Shown here piece after piece: positions 1 to 8,580 of a stretch of DNA of 32,000 bases. Below the pieces are notes generated by a model. The model ran no database searches. It was not told the origin of the DNA and saw only the letters and a program-made list of their open reading frames with translations. This DNA comes from Alkalilimnicola ehrlichii MLHE-1 (GTDB lineage Bacteria; Pseudomonadota; Gammaproteobacteria; Nitrococcales; Halorhodospiraceae). The stretch is from assembly GCF_000014785.1 (NCBI RefSeq), contig NC_008340.1:1470001-1502000 (forward strand), in the 5' to 3' direction. Numbering within the stretch: the first letter of the stretch is position 1; each line of letters opens with the position of its first letter. The translations under genes and the position numbers were made by a program.

Positions 1-974
1 CCGAGGATGTGGACGGTGATCGCCACGAGGTGCGGTTGAGCACGGGCGAGCGGCTCCGCTACGACAAGCTGGTGCTCTCGCCCGGCATCGACTTCGATTG
101 GGACGGGCTGGCCGGCTACGACGAGGCCGCGGCAGAGAAGGCCCCGCACGCCTGGAAGGCCGGCGAGCAAAGCCGGCTGCTGCGCCGTCAGTTGGAGGCC
201 ATGGAGGATGGTGGGCTGTTCATCCTGCGCGCCCCGGAGAACCCCTTCCGGTGTCCGCCCGGCCCGTATGAGCGGGTGAGTCTGATCGCCCACTACTTCA
301 AGCAGCACAAGCCGCGGTCCAAGATCCTGTTGCTCGATGCCAAGGACAACTTCTCCAAGCAGCCGCTGTTTTTGGACGGCTGGGCGGAGTTTTACGGTGA
401 CATGATCGAGTGGGTGGGCGCCTCGCAGGACGGCCGGGTGGTGGCCGTGGACGCCGACCGTCGGGAGGTGGAGACGGAGTTCGGAACCCGCCACAGGGCC
501 GACGTGTTGAACGTGGTGCCGCCGCAGAAGGCCGGTTTCATCGCCCGCCGGGCCGGGGTGACGGACGCCAGCGGCTGGGTACCGGTCAAGCCACAGACCT
601 TTGAGTCGACCCAGATCGAGGACATCTACGTGGTGGGTGACGCCACCATCGCGGCACCGATGCCAAAATCGGGCTTTTGTGCCAACGCCCAGGCCAAGGT
701 GGTGGCCTCGGCCATCGTCTCCGAGTTTGCCGGGCACGCGCCGCCCCCGGCAGTCTGGAACAACACCTGCTACAGTCTCATCGCGCCAGGTTACGGTATC
801 TCCGTGGCCGGGGTGTACAAGGTCATCGACGGCCATATTGCCGAGGTGCCCGGGTCCGGAGGCGTCAGCCCCCGGGAGGCCGATGAGGCGTTCCGCGCCA
901 GGGAGGCGGAGTACGCCGTTAACTGGTACGAGGCCATCAGCGAAGACACCTGGGGCACCCGCTTCCGCGGTTGA
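1..974 (+). CDS. fccB: Sulfide dehydrogenase (flavocytochrome c) flavoprotein subunit, 5'-truncated by the window edge
   Basis: Translation contains FAD/NAD-binding-fold motifs (YDKLVLSPGIDFDW, EDIYVVGDAT) and the FCSD C-terminal domain pattern (NNTCYSLIAPGYGISVAGVYKV). The ORF-track Met at 9 is internal and the N-terminal Rossmann motif lies outside the window. Confidence 0.9.
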   Translation, partial: EDVDGDRHEVRLSTGERLRYDKLVLSPGIDFDWDGLAGYDEAAAEKAPHAWKAGEQSRLLRRQLEAMEDGGLFILRAPENPFRCPPGPYERVSLIAHYFKQHKPRSKILLLDAKDNFSKQPLFLDGWAEFYGDMIEWVGASQDGRVVAVDADRREVETEFGTRHRADVLNVVPPQKAGFIARRAGVTDASGWVPVKPQTFESTQIEDIYVVGDATIAAPMPKSGFCANAQAKVVASAIVSEFAGHAPPPAVWNNTCYSLIAPGYGISVAGVYKVIDGHIAEVPGSGGVSPREADEAFRAREAEYAVNWYEAISEDTWGTRFRG

Positions 975-1000
975 CCTCCCGGGTGCGGCGCTGGGTGACA

Positions 1001-1030
1001 GCCCCGGGTGCGGGAAGGCGCACCCGGGGC
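1001..1030 (+). promoter_or_regulatory. Perfect 12-bp stem / 6-nt loop hairpin between fccB and the YeeE/YedE gene
   Basis: GCCCCGGGTGCG (1001-1012), loop GGAAGG, CGCACCCGGGGC (1019-1030). No U-tract follows. Confidence 0.6.
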
Positions 1031-1055
1031 GCGTTACGTGTGGGAGGAGCATTTC

Positions 1056-2114
1056 TTGGAGGCAGTGGAGCACACGACCCTGGTCAATCTGGGCGGTCTG
1101 GTGATTGGGTTGGTTTTTGGCATCGTCGGCCGGCGGAGTGGTTTCTGCCTGACCCGGGGTCTGCAGCGCTGTTTTCAGGCCGGTGACGGTGGCAAGCTGC
1201 GCACCTTCGCGCTGGCCGTGGTCACGGCACTGGTGGGGTCGCAGCTTCTGGCCAGCCTGGGGGTGATCGATCTCGGCCGGACTCACTACCTGGCCCCGGA
1301 GTTCTCCTGGCTGCTGGTTCCGCTGGGGGGCGTGTTGTTCGGTTACGGGATGGTCATGGCCAACGGCTGTGGGGCCCGTGCCGCCGTGTTGCTGGGGGGT
1401 GGTAATCTGCGCTCTTTCGTGGTGCTGACCTGCCTCGGGGTGGCGGCGTTCATGGCACTTACCGGGGTGTTTGCCGGCTGGCGCCTGGCGCTGGCCGAGG
1501 CCACGGGGCTGCGCCTGGCCCTGGGTGCGGGGCTGCACGGCTGGCTGGCCAGCGCGGGGCTGCCGGAGCTGTTGGCGCGCTGGCTGATGGTGCTGGTGCT
1601 GGCGATTCCGCTGCTGGTCTATGTGTTCAGCGATCAGGGGTATCGCCACCGCCGCCAGGAGTGGGCGGCGGGCATCCTTGTGGGGCTTCTGGTGCCCGCT
1701 GGCTGGTGGGTCACCGGTTCCCTGGGCGCCGACGACTTCGACCCGGTACCGGTGGTCTCACTGACCTTCGTGGCGCCGATTGGCGACGGTATCCAATACC
1801 TCATGTTGGCGAGCGGTACCGATCTGAGCTTTGGTGTCACCGTGGTGGCGGGGGTATTGCTGGGTTCGCTGGCCACCGCGCTGGTGACCGGGAGCTTCCA
1901 ACTGGAGGGCTTTCCCAGCCCCCAGCGCATGCTCCGGGCTATGGGCGGAGGGGCGCTGATGGGGATTGGCGGCGCCCTGGCCCTGGGCTGTTCCATTGGC
2001 CAGGGGATCACCGGCCTCTCCACCCTGGCGTTGCCCTCCCTGCTGGCAGCCAGCGGCATCGTGGTGGGGGCGCTGGTGGGCCTGCGCGGGCCGGCGCGCT
2101 TGCCGGCGTTGTGA
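1056..2114 (+). CDS. YeeE/YedE family membrane protein (putative thiosulfate/sulfur-compound transporter)
   Basis: Multi-pass hydrophobic protein with family-typical NGCGARAAVLLGGGNLRS and ALGCSIGQGITGLSTLA motifs. Start uncertain: ORF track 1008, GTG 1038, TTG 1056 or GTG 1065. TTG 1056 is preceded by GGGAGGAG at 6-nt spacing. Confidence 0.85.
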   Translation: MEAVEHTTLVNLGGLVIGLVFGIVGRRSGFCLTRGLQRCFQAGDGGKLRTFALAVVTALVGSQLLASLGVIDLGRTHYLAPEFSWLLVPLGGVLFGYGMVMANGCGARAAVLLGGGNLRSFVVLTCLGVAAFMALTGVFAGWRLALAEATGLRLALGAGLHGWLASAGLPELLARWLMVLVLAIPLLVYVFSDQGYRHRRQEWAAGILVGLLVPAGWWVTGSLGADDFDPVPVVSLTFVAPIGDGIQYLMLASGTDLSFGVTVVAGVLLGSLATALVTGSFQLEGFPSPQRMLRAMGGGALMGIGGALALGCSIGQGITGLSTLALPSLLAASGIVVGALVGLRGPARLPAL

Positions 2115-2200
2115 ATAAGTTTATGCCGGCCGGGTCTGGAACCCGGTGCCGCGGGACGAATCCAACCCCTTGGGTAACCTGTTGAACGATTGAGCACTTT

Positions 2201-3043
2201 ATGGCGAAGACATTCCTCACCGAGCTTTCCCTCAGCCGCCGGCGCCTGCTGCGCCATGGCGCTACCGGGCTGCTGGCGGGCGCCTCCCTGTGGGTGATCC
2301 CCGCTGCCGTGTGGGCTCGTCAGAGCTGGGAGCGCCTGGAGGCGGCCCGCGCCGTCGTCGGGGAACGCACCCCGCGCACCGACGGCATTGCCCTGGAGTT
2401 GCCCGCGGTCTCCGAGGACGGCAGCTCGGTACGCCTGCACGTCAGTGTGGACAGCGCCATGTCCGGGGAGGACCGCGTGGAGGCGATCCACCTTTACGCG
2501 CTTCGCAACCCGTCACCACCGATCGCCACCTTCCGCTTCTCGCCGCGGGCCGGCAAGGCGGCGGTCACCACCCGGATCCGGCTCAATGAGTCGCAGACGG
2601 TGCTGGCCCTGGCGGAGATGAGCGACGGCAGCGTCCGGATGGCGGAGCAGCAGGCCCGGGTGACCGTCAGCGGCTGTCTGCTGCGGGACGATACCTACGG
2701 TAATGGCGACCACCAAGGCGGGTTGCCGGAACCGCGCGTGCGCATGCCCCGACAACTGAGTGTGGGGGAGCCGGGCGAGGTGATCACCCTCATCAACCAC
2801 CCGATGGAGACCGGTCTGCGCGAGGATGAGCAGGGCGAGCCCATCCCGGAGCGAATCATCCACCGCTTCCAGGCGGAACTGGACGGGGAGCCGGTGGTGG
2901 AGGCGGAGCTGATGCGGTCACTGGCGGCCAACCCCTATATCCGCTTCTACTTCCAGGCAGAGACGGCGGGTGAGTTGCGCCTGCGCTGGGAGGAGGATAC
3001 CGGTGCCAGCGCCGAGAGCCGTCAGCCGGTCTCGCCAGGCTGA
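2201..3043 (+). CDS. Fused SoxYZ-like sulfur carrier protein with Tat-type signal
   Basis: N-terminal Tat-like signal (SRRRLLRHGATGLLAGASLWVIPAAVWA), SoxY-like domain ending VTVSGCLLRDD, then a SoxZ-like domain (PRVRMPRQLSVGEPGEVITLINHPMETGLREDEQGEPIPERIIHRFQAELDGEPVVEAEL). Confidence 0.88.
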   Translation: MAKTFLTELSLSRRRLLRHGATGLLAGASLWVIPAAVWARQSWERLEAARAVVGERTPRTDGIALELPAVSEDGSSVRLHVSVDSAMSGEDRVEAIHLYALRNPSPPIATFRFSPRAGKAAVTTRIRLNESQTVLALAEMSDGSVRMAEQQARVTVSGCLLRDDTYGNGDHQGGLPEPRVRMPRQLSVGEPGEVITLINHPMETGLREDEQGEPIPERIIHRFQAELDGEPVVEAELMRSLAANPYIRFYFQAETAGELRLRWEEDTGASAESRQPVSPG

Positions 3044-3066
3044 TACGGCCTTGGCCGCCCGGCGAA

Positions 3067-3104
3067 AACACGCCCCCCGGAACGGTGGTCCCGGGGGGCG
3101 TGTT
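3067..3104 (-). terminator. Putative intrinsic terminator, best oriented for the minus-strand DUF2189-like gene
   Basis: Perfect 14-bp arms AACACGCCCCCCGG (3067-3080) / CCGGGGGGCGTGTT (3091-3104) with a 10-nt loop. Read on the minus strand the stem is followed by TTCGCC, giving a short T-run (GTTTTCGCC) at its base. Confidence 0.55.
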
Positions 3105-3116
3105 GCGTTGCGGTGA

Positions 3117-3158
3117 TCCCACGGCCCAGGGTGCCGTGGGACCAGGGCGCCGTGGGAT
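3117..3158. repeat. Tandem 16-bp direct repeat combined with an inverted repeat
   Basis: CCAGGGTGCCGTGGGA (3126-3141) and CCAGGGCGCCGTGGGA (3142-3157), 15/16 identical. TCCCACGGC (3117-3125) can pair with GCCGTGGGA at either 3133-3141 or 3149-3157. Confidence 0.7.
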
Positions 3159-3164
3159 TAGGGA

Positions 3165-4016
3165 CTACGTCGCGTTCGGTTCGGTTTCCGTTTCCGACTC
3201 CGCGGCCGAACCCTGCGCCGGTTGCTCCGGGGCAACCATATCCCGGTAGGCATGCCAGCTGGCGTGGCCAAGCAGCGGCAGCACGATGGCCAGCCCGATA
3301 TAGAACGTGACGATGCCGGCGATCGTGAAGGCCGCCAGTAGCGCCGCCCACAGCAGCATGGCGTCCAGATTCCGGTAAACGGCCTGCAGGCTGGCGGTAA
3401 TCGCATCCATAAAGGTGCTCTGGCGGTCCACCAGTAGCGGGATGCTGACCACGCTCAGGGAGAAGGCCAGGAAGGCGAGGACCCCGCCGATGGCGCCGCC
3501 CAGGGCCAGGAAGGAGACGCCCTGAATGGTCAACGTCGCTTCCACCAGCCCGGTGAGCCCGGTGGGGATGTTGCCGAAGAACACCGCAAACAGCAGCGTC
3601 GCCAGCCGGACCCAGAAGAGGAAGAAGATCATCAGGGTCAGGCCCATCAATGAGATCTGCACCGGGTTGGACTTCCAGGCGGCGGCTGCCGCGGCCAGAG
3701 TGGGCGGTTCGCCACGTTCCAGGCGCCGGCTGATGTCGTAGAACCCTACCGCCAGGAGTGGGCCGACAAACATGAACCCCGCCGCCAGTGGCAGCAGCCA
3801 GTGCTGTAGCCCCGCGGCGAACAGGGCCAGCGTGATGGCGAAACTCAGCAGGGTGATGGCCAGCCCGTAGGCGAAGCTGGTGAATGGTGCCTGGGCGAAG
3901 TCGCGGGTGCCGGCGGCGAGCCAGCGCCAGGGATGCTCCAGGGTGACATCCCGGATCTCGATGTTGGATGATGCTTCAGGACTGCTGGTCTGTCCCACGG
4001 TATCGGTCGTAGCCAT
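3165..4016 (-). CDS. DUF2189-like integral membrane protein
   Basis: Translation has the family layout of several hydrophobic helices with patterns resembling GFYDISRRLERGEPP and FMDAITASLQAVYRNLDAMLLWA. Confidence 0.8.
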   Translation of the reverse strand: MATTDTVGQTSSPEASSNIEIRDVTLEHPWRWLAAGTRDFAQAPFTSFAYGLAITLLSFAITLALFAAGLQHWLLPLAAGFMFVGPLLAVGFYDISRRLERGEPPTLAAAAAAWKSNPVQISLMGLTLMIFFLFWVRLATLLFAVFFGNIPTGLTGLVEATLTIQGVSFLALGGAIGGVLAFLAFSLSVVSIPLLVDRQSTFMDAITASLQAVYRNLDAMLLWAALLAAFTIAGIVTFYIGLAIVLPLLGHASWHAYRDMVAPEQPAQGSAAESETETEPNAT

Positions 4017-4151
4017 TAATTGACTCCTCCTGCCTTTGCGGCCTTTGGCCGGGTTGACGATCCCTGTTGGCCGGGACCTCCTATGGCAACTATGGCAGGC
4101 GGGATGGGGCTGTCAATCGGCTAGAATATGTCGAAAGTCTCTATAACGCGT

Positions 4152-4817
4152 TCATTTACCACGGATATAGTCCCGGTCATCGAAGCTGCGCACCCACTCT
4201 GGCTTGAATACCGTCAGCATGGTCATGGTGGTGCCGTTGACGAACCCCTCGGGCAGCATGACCAGGGGCATGAGGATAAGATAATCCCCCACGATTCGCT
4301 CCCAGGGGTATACCCCAAAGAGACCGAGCAGCAGGCCGCCGGCGGTCATGGTGGCGGCGATCACGATCATGGCGGCGAAGTGGGCCGAGACCAGCACATA
4401 GACGAAGAAGTGGCGTGGCAGCCAGGTGGCCACCAGCCGGTGCAGCCGGCTGGCCAGCAGGACCGGCAGCACCACGCCGATCAGGCCGTTGATGCCCAGC
4501 GTCGCCCAGTCGTAGAAGCCCATCGTGGTGTGCACCAGCAGGGCAATGGAGGCGCCGACCAGGGCGAGCCGCCAGCCAAAGATCAGGGTCATGGCTGTGA
4601 TCCCCAGCAGGTGGAGTTCCAGCCCGGGATGGATGCCGGCCTGCATGCGCCAGAGCAGGGCCATGATGACACTGGCGCCGAAGAACACGTGCTGCAGGCG
4701 GTTGGCCTGCAGCAGTTTCCAGGGTGAGCGCAGGACCGCCCACAGGAGCAGGCTGAGATAGAGCGGCAGGGTGGCCCAAGCCACCCACGCCGGGAGCAGG
4801 CCCTCTGGGATGTTCAT
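4152..4817 (-). CDS. CbiM-like energy-coupling-factor transporter permease family protein
   Basis: Starts MNIPEGLLP (CbiM-like NIPEG) and contains AHFAAMIVIAATMTAGGLLL and LMPLVMLPEGFVNG; several transmembrane helices. Confidence 0.75.
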   Translation of the reverse strand: MNIPEGLLPAWVAWATLPLYLSLLLWAVLRSPWKLLQANRLQHVFFGASVIMALLWRMQAGIHPGLELHLLGITAMTLIFGWRLALVGASIALLVHTTMGFYDWATLGINGLIGVVLPVLLASRLHRLVATWLPRHFFVYVLVSAHFAAMIVIAATMTAGGLLLGLFGVYPWERIVGDYLILMPLVMLPEGFVNGTTMTMLTVFKPEWVRSFDDRDYIRGK

Positions 4818-4854
4818 GGGTGCCGCGACTCTCCTCTCTTACACCGGTAGGGGT

Positions 4855-5628
4855 TCAGCGGTCGGCCGCCCGGGCCAACGCCTGGAAGGGGTTGCCGGCG
4901 GATTCCGCCACCGCCCGCGTCGCCAGGGCGGGCCAGAAGCTGAAGAGGGGCAACCCGGCCAGTGCCAGGCGGAAATCGACCAGGGCCAGCGCGGCCAGGA
5001 CCAGCAGCGGGCCGACGAACAATACGTCCAGCCAACCCCCGTCGTACAATGCGCGGCGGGCGCGACGCAGGGCGTGACCCGGTCGGGCACGTATCAACAA
5101 CATGAGCATGGGCAGCCAGAGCCAGGCCCCCAGCACCAGTTGCAGCCCGCCGTAAAGCAGCAGGCCGGTCAACAGTTCCACGCCGGGCACGCTGGTATAG
5201 GGATCGAGCGCCCGGTCGGCGGCATAGCCGGCGACACCGGAGACGACTGCGGGCAGCCAAAGCCAAGCCGCGACCGTGGCGAGGACGGCCAGCAGGGCGA
5301 AGACGGCACTTTGCAGGGCGCTGCCCAGCAGTCCTCGCCCCAGGGCGGCGCGATGATGCACGGCGGGAAGCCCCAGGGCGCGGGCGCAGAGCCAGCTGGC
5401 CAGCGCCATCGCCAGGGTGACGGCAGTGCCCAGCCACCAGGCGGTGATCACCAACTGCGGCCACGCGCCGAGCGGTGCGCTGAGGGTGTAGGCCAGGGCG
5501 CCGGAGTGGGCGGCGAGCAGGCCCAACAGCAGGGGCAGCACGACACGCGCCAGGACGCCGCTCAACAGCAGCTCTATAGTGGCCCGGAGCAGGGCTCCGG
5601 GTGTGGAACGGATCAATGGATCACTCAA
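4855..5628 (-). CDS. Uncharacterised multi-pass membrane protein
   Basis: 257-aa ORF with repeated long hydrophobic segments; no family recognised by eye. Confidence 0.7.
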   Translation of the reverse strand: MSDPLIRSTPGALLRATIELLLSGVLARVVLPLLLGLLAAHSGALAYTLSAPLGAWPQLVITAWWLGTAVTLAMALASWLCARALGLPAVHHRAALGRGLLGSALQSAVFALLAVLATVAAWLWLPAVVSGVAGYAADRALDPYTSVPGVELLTGLLLYGGLQLVLGAWLWLPMLMLLIRARPGHALRRARRALYDGGWLDVLFVGPLLVLAALALVDFRLALAGLPLFSFWPALATRAVAESAGNPFQALARAADR

Positions 5629-5767
5629 AGGTGGCCACCTGGGTCGGGGATCGCTCGGCTGCTTAGGCTAAGCGCCTCCCTTGGCACCTGGCAAGCGGGC
5701 CTGGTGTCGCAGGTCGGAACCGGCTAACGTCTCCGGGCCCGGAGCGGGGACGGACAGGGATTAGGGT

Positions 5768-7066
5768 ATGAACTGGATCTTCCTGGGGATCGTTCTGGTG
5801 GCCTTTGCCACGGCCGCCTGGCGGGAACTGCGCTTCGATGGGGGGGCGGGGGAGGAGAGCCCGATGCAGGTGCTCTCCAGCGGCGTGATTGAGTCCGCCG
5901 GCGGGGCGGTGGAGTTGGCCTTGGGCCTGGTCGGCGTCATGACCTTGTTCCTGGGGCTGATGAAGGTCGCCGAAGCCGGGGGGCTGCTGACCATTATCGC
6001 GCGCCTGATCCGGCCCCTGATGACCCGGCTGTTTCCGGACGTGCCGCCGGACCACCCCGCCATGGGCGCGATGATCCTCAACATGTCGGCCAATGCGTTG
6101 GGCCTGGGGAATGCGGCCACCCCCTTCGGTATCCGGGCCATGCAGGAGCTGGACAAGCTGAATCCGCACCCCGGGACGGCGACAAACTCGATGGCGTTGT
6201 TCCTGGCCATCAACACCTCCTCCATCACCCTCTTGCCCACCGGCGTGATTGCGTTGCGGGCCGCCGCCGGGTCGGAGGACCCCGCCGGGATTCTGCCAAC
6301 GACGCTCGTCGCCACCATCTGTGCCACCATTGCCGCGGTCACGGCCGCCATGCTGTTCCGACGCTTCTTCCCCGCCGGGCCGCCGGACCCGGCGGCACGC
6401 ACCATGGAACGGCCCTGGGTGAAGGAGGCGGAGCAGCAGGACGCTCTGCCCGAGTACGCCGGACAGGGCTACCCCCTGTGGGTGTCGCTGGTGGCCCTGA
6501 GTGGCCTGGTGGCATTGATTCCACTCACGGTGGTCTACGGGCGGTTGCTATCGCCCTGGATCGTGCCCGGCCTGATGGTGGGCTTCCTGCTCTTCGGGGC
6601 CCTGCGTGGGGTGCGCATATACGAGGTCTTTGTGGAGGGCGCGAAGGACGGCTTTCAGGTGGCGCTGCGGATTATCCCCTACCTGGTGGCGATCCTGGTC
6701 GCGGTGGGGATGTTCCGTGCCAGTGGGGCCATGGAGGCCATGGTCGGGGCCATCGGCGGTTTCACCACGCGCTTCGGCCTCCCCGCGGAGGCCCTGCCCA
6801 TGGCGCTGCTGCGGCCGCTGTCCGGCTCCGGGGCCTACGGGGTGATGGCCTCGATCATCAACGACCCGGCCATTGGGCCCGACAGCTATGTGGGGTACCT
6901 GGTCACCACCCTCCAGGGCTCCACCGAGACCACCTTCTATGTATTGGCCGTCTATTTCGGCGCGGTGCAGGTACGGCGCATCCGCCACACCCTGGCGGCA
7001 GCACTGACCGCCGATGTGGTGGCCGTGATCGCGGCGGTGGCGGTCTGCAGCTACCTCTTCCTCTGA
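5768..7066 (+). CDS. Nucleoside recognition (Gate) domain membrane protein, SpmA-SpmB fusion
   Basis: SpmA-like motif NMSANALGLGNAATPFGIRAMQELDKLNP...TNSMALFLAINTSSITLLPTGVIALR, then SpmB-like motif RIIPYLVAILVAVGMFRASGAM...RPLSGSGAYGVM...GSTETTFYVLAVYFGAV. Confidence 0.9.
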   Translation: MNWIFLGIVLVAFATAAWRELRFDGGAGEESPMQVLSSGVIESAGGAVELALGLVGVMTLFLGLMKVAEAGGLLTIIARLIRPLMTRLFPDVPPDHPAMGAMILNMSANALGLGNAATPFGIRAMQELDKLNPHPGTATNSMALFLAINTSSITLLPTGVIALRAAAGSEDPAGILPTTLVATICATIAAVTAAMLFRRFFPAGPPDPAARTMERPWVKEAEQQDALPEYAGQGYPLWVSLVALSGLVALIPLTVVYGRLLSPWIVPGLMVGFLLFGALRGVRIYEVFVEGAKDGFQVALRIIPYLVAILVAVGMFRASGAMEAMVGAIGGFTTRFGLPAEALPMALLRPLSGSGAYGVMASIINDPAIGPDSYVGYLVTTLQGSTETTFYVLAVYFGAVQVRRIRHTLAAALTADVVAVIAAVAVCSYLFL

Positions 7067-8430
7067 TCCCCAGCGGGGCCGGCGGGCCGCTCGCCGGTCT
7101 CGCGCAGGGCCTCGCTGATTAGTCGGCGGGCCCGCCCCCAGGCGCGCTCTTCGATGGCCTGTTCCAGGCTGGCCATCAGGTGGTGGAGGGCCTGCAGCCG
7201 TTTCACGCGGGTCTGGCCGGCATGGCGGGCCGTGCGCTCCAGCGCCTTGACCGTCGCCTGGCCCTCCCTGAGCAGACGCGGCAGCGGGAATCCGCTGTGC
7301 CACGGGGCCTGTCGCAACGCCTGCTGCAACTGCCGGGCGTGGCGCAGAAGGGGGGGCGCCTCGGTGAGGGGCAGGGCGTCGGCCTCACTGAGCAATTGCT
7401 CGATGATCCGTTGCTGGTCGAGCAACCGCCGGGCGTCGGCACACCAGCATTCCAGACGCCAGTAGCGGGTGCGGAAGCGGGCCTCGGTGGCCGGGTCCGC
7501 ACCCAGGTGCAGCCATTCCCGGCGGGTGCGCGCCAGCGACTCGCGGAGCTGGCGGAGCCGCGCCTCTTCCGGCTCCGGGTGGTGGGTGAGCGCCCGCGCC
7601 TCCTCCTCCAGGGCGTTCAGCAGCCGCGCTTCCCGGTCGCCGGCCTGGGGTGCCCTGCGGGCCGCGCAATGGCCCTGGGCCCGGGCAAAGCGGTCCGCCA
7701 GCGCCGGGGGTGGCGTCGGGTCAAGTTGCCGCCATTGGTTCTCCAGGCGCTGGCGACGGGCCGGCAGGTCATCGCGCCAAGGCGCGCTTGCCAGCGCCTC
7801 CATGGCCTCGCACAGCCCCACCGCCTGGGTCTGGACCGCCTGCTGCTCGGCCTGCTCGTCGCGGAGGGCCTGCAGGCGGCGCCGGGCCAGACGGGCCACG
7901 CCGCGGTCGTCGCTCTGGGCAGCAATCGCCTCCAGGGTCTCCAGGTGGTCGACGCACTCAACGGCAAACTTGCGTTGCCGTCGGACCGGGTCGTGCAGCG
8001 CGGCCTGGAGACAGGCCGCGGGGGTGCGCAGGCGGTCCAGTGCCGCCCGTCGCACGGCCTCGAGCCGGGCCGACTGTGCCAGGTGGGCGAGGACGGTGGT
8101 GTCGGGGCAATGGCGGACAGCCGCCACCCGCTCCTGCGGGGCGAGGCCCGGGTCGTCCGATTTCAGCAGCAGGCTCAAGCGTGCCACCGCCGCCATCCGG
8201 ACGGGCGCCGGTGTGGCCGGCGCCAGGCAGGCCTGGAGGGTGTCGAGATCGGTCAGCCGCTTGACCGCGTCGGCCCGGGCGCCGGGTTCGGCATCGCTCC
8301 GGGCGATGGCGATCAGCCGGGCCTGGCCTGCGGAATCGTGGGGGGCCGACCGGGCCGATGGCTCCGGCGCCTTGTCGGTTGCCTTGCCGGAGGTGGGCAG
8401 CAGCCGCTTGATCAGATCGGTGGGGCTCAT
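7051..8430 (-). CDS. HEAT-like / DUF349-like helical protein
   Basis: 459-aa ORF rich in Arg/Ala/Leu. N-terminal HEAT-like repeats (ARADAVKRLTDLDTLQACL; VRRAALDRLRTPACLQAALHDPVRRQRKFAVECVDHLETLEAIA) and a C-terminal coiled region. Its 3' end overlaps the SpmAB ORF by 16 bp in convergent orientation. Confidence 0.65.
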   Translation of the reverse strand: MSPTDLIKRLLPTSGKATDKAPEPSARSAPHDSAGQARLIAIARSDAEPGARADAVKRLTDLDTLQACLAPATPAPVRMAAVARLSLLLKSDDPGLAPQERVAAVRHCPDTTVLAHLAQSARLEAVRRAALDRLRTPAACLQAALHDPVRRQRKFAVECVDHLETLEAIAAQSDDRGVARLARRRLQALRDEQAEQQAVQTQAVGLCEAMEALASAPWRDDLPARRQRLENQWRQLDPTPPPALADRFARAQGHCAARRAPQAGDREARLLNALEEEARALTHHPEPEEARLRQLRESLARTRREWLHLGADPATEARFRTRYWRLECWCADARRLLDQQRIIEQLLSEADALPLTEAPPLLRHARQLQQALRQAPWHSGFPLPRLLREGQATVKALERTARHAGQTRVKRLQALHHLMASLEQAIEERAWGRARRLISEALRETGERPAGPAGDQRKR

Positions 8431-8580
8431 CGGCGGATCGTGGACTCGCGGGTTGGTGGTGATCTGGGGCCAGTGTAACCCGTGTGCGGGATCCGCTTCA
8501 CTGGCATTCTGGCGGATGCATTCAGCGGGCCGGGCCGCTACAATGATTCATTGATTGTGAATATAAAGACGGGGGTTCCA

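Noticed and set aside
5731-5744. CTCCGGGCCCGGAG palindrome upstream of the SpmAB fusion gene
   Set aside because: Short GC-only palindrome with no loop or associated motif; not distinguishable from background in this high-GC sequence.
7180-8554. Two plus-strand ORFs (432 and 361 aa) antisense to the DUF349-like gene
   Set aside because: Considered because the minus-strand product is poorly characterised, but the minus-strand ORF has HEAT-like repeat periodicity while these two are Arg/Ser- or Gln/Gly-rich artefacts.
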